A stretch of DNA of 64,000 bases from Adineta vaga (lineage: Eukaryota; Animalia; Rotifera), in NCBI GenBank assembly GCA_021613535.1, contig CP075495.1, positions 868,001-932,000 of the forward strand, in the 5' to 3' direction. Below the pieces are notes generated by a model. It ran no database searches. It saw only the letters and a program-made list of their open reading frames with translations, and was not told the origin of the DNA. Position 1 is the first letter of the stretch. Every line of letters begins with the position of its first letter. Below are positions 62,647 to 64,000 of this stretch, one piece after another. The position numbers and the translations under genes were made by a program.

Positions 62647-64000
62647 AGATTTCAGAAAACAAAACAATAACAATTCATATAATCATTATATTCCCTCTTT
62701 TTGTCTATCGTTCGTTTGGTTTACTTACATATTGAATATTCAGGATTTTACACGTCCTTTTTATCTTCAAAAACAAATATGTTTGATGTAATATGATAAT
62801 AATTATTTTATTTTTCTTTTCATAGTTGTTGTTGTTCATGTTGTTGTTGCTAATTTTGAATTTTTCCGAAAGAAAGAAATCTTTTATGTGTTGTCATGGA
62901 AAAAGTTTTATCAAACAAGCAATACCCGTCAAATCTTATATAGTACATTTTCAAATTGATTGTACTATTGCATGACTGTTACACTCTTATATATCATGTA
63001 CTGATAGAAACAAATGTTCTCTGACTATTTTCAATTGATTTTATGTCATATGTGCAGACATCATTAATTAATAAAAGAACATGCTCATATCTTATTCCTT
63101 TTCTTCATTAATCTTCGAGCATGATCCTTGGTTAAAATATTGCTTCTATAGCAATTGTTAACGTTAACGGTTGTTACTTCTTGAGAAAAGTCGATAATTT
63201 CATGTCATGTCATCAATGTAAATTACTAAGTAATAACAAATATGGAAATATTGTCTTTTAACGGATGATTGGGTGTTGACAAAACTCATATGTATCAAGA
63301 AAACTGGAATTAATGAGAGACAATTTGCATTTAACTAATAGGACGACAGACATCTGCTTTGGGTTTTTTTTGTAAATTATCTCCGGATTAACATCTCATA
63401 TATTTAGAATATGATTATACTTTCAACTAAACTGTGTTGAACTAGTTTAGGATTATAAATTGAATTTTTGATCATTCGACCGAAAAAACTCGTTTAATGA
63501 ATAGAAACATCGTTGATTTATAAGATCTATCGTAGTGTAAATTGTATACCCAACAGCATCAACATTATTTACGTATTTATCCTATAATAACTTCATGTAA
63601 ATCAAATGGAAATAACAAAAATAGTTTTCATCAACAAATCTATTCAATCGTAAAATACCTTCGGAAAATGAACTAAATCGAAATTGTTTTTAAAATTAGA
63701 TTTTATGGAAGTTTATACTCTTTTGCGTTGCTATAACTAATATATTTTGAGTAAATAGATTGATGTACCATGATGCTGTACTATAAGGATAAATTGTTTT
63801 AAGTTTTCCATCATTTCGAATATGAAATAAACGTTGATTATCGAAATCGGCAACTAACCATTGATTATCAGGAAGAGAACAACAACGTAATGTATTATGA
63901 CATTCACCATGAATATCTAATTCTAATGACCAAAGATAATCAAATTTTCTAATTGATCGTAATTCGAAACGTTTTCGAAATGATTTCTTATTAAAAATAG

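Overview
AT-rich eukaryotic DNA with short (about 50-60 nt) GT-AG introns. The gene content points to a bdelloid rotifer (Adineta/Rotaria type); this is inferred from the REC-like/ART/TPR, NHL and F-box-like families and the many fungal- and bacterial-type enzymes. Conserved metazoan genes (RING-CH ligase, MYPT1, CCDC124, C3orf20/FAM194-like, RasGAP, PKA-RI) flank an accessory block at about 22-52 kb. That block holds probable horizontally acquired enzymes (CYP504-like P450, three SABATH methyltransferases, two FkbM methyltransferases, a GNAT, an FMO, a metzincin-motif protease), duplications, pseudogenes and a MULE-like element with a 9-bp TSD. Two structures stand out. (1) A head-to-head pair of paralogous caspase-like genes: one has an intact His/Cys dyad and is fused to a PARP-like ADP-ribosyltransferase domain; the other has Cys->Ser and is fused to an NHL propeller. 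It is a candidate sensor/executor immune module. (2) A 14-exon gene mostly missed by the ORF track, encoding a TM anchor, a Thr-rich mucin stalk built from seven frame-preserving micro-exons, and a Hedgehog-type Hog (Hint+SRR) autoprocessing domain. All family assignments come from motif recognition; no searches were run.
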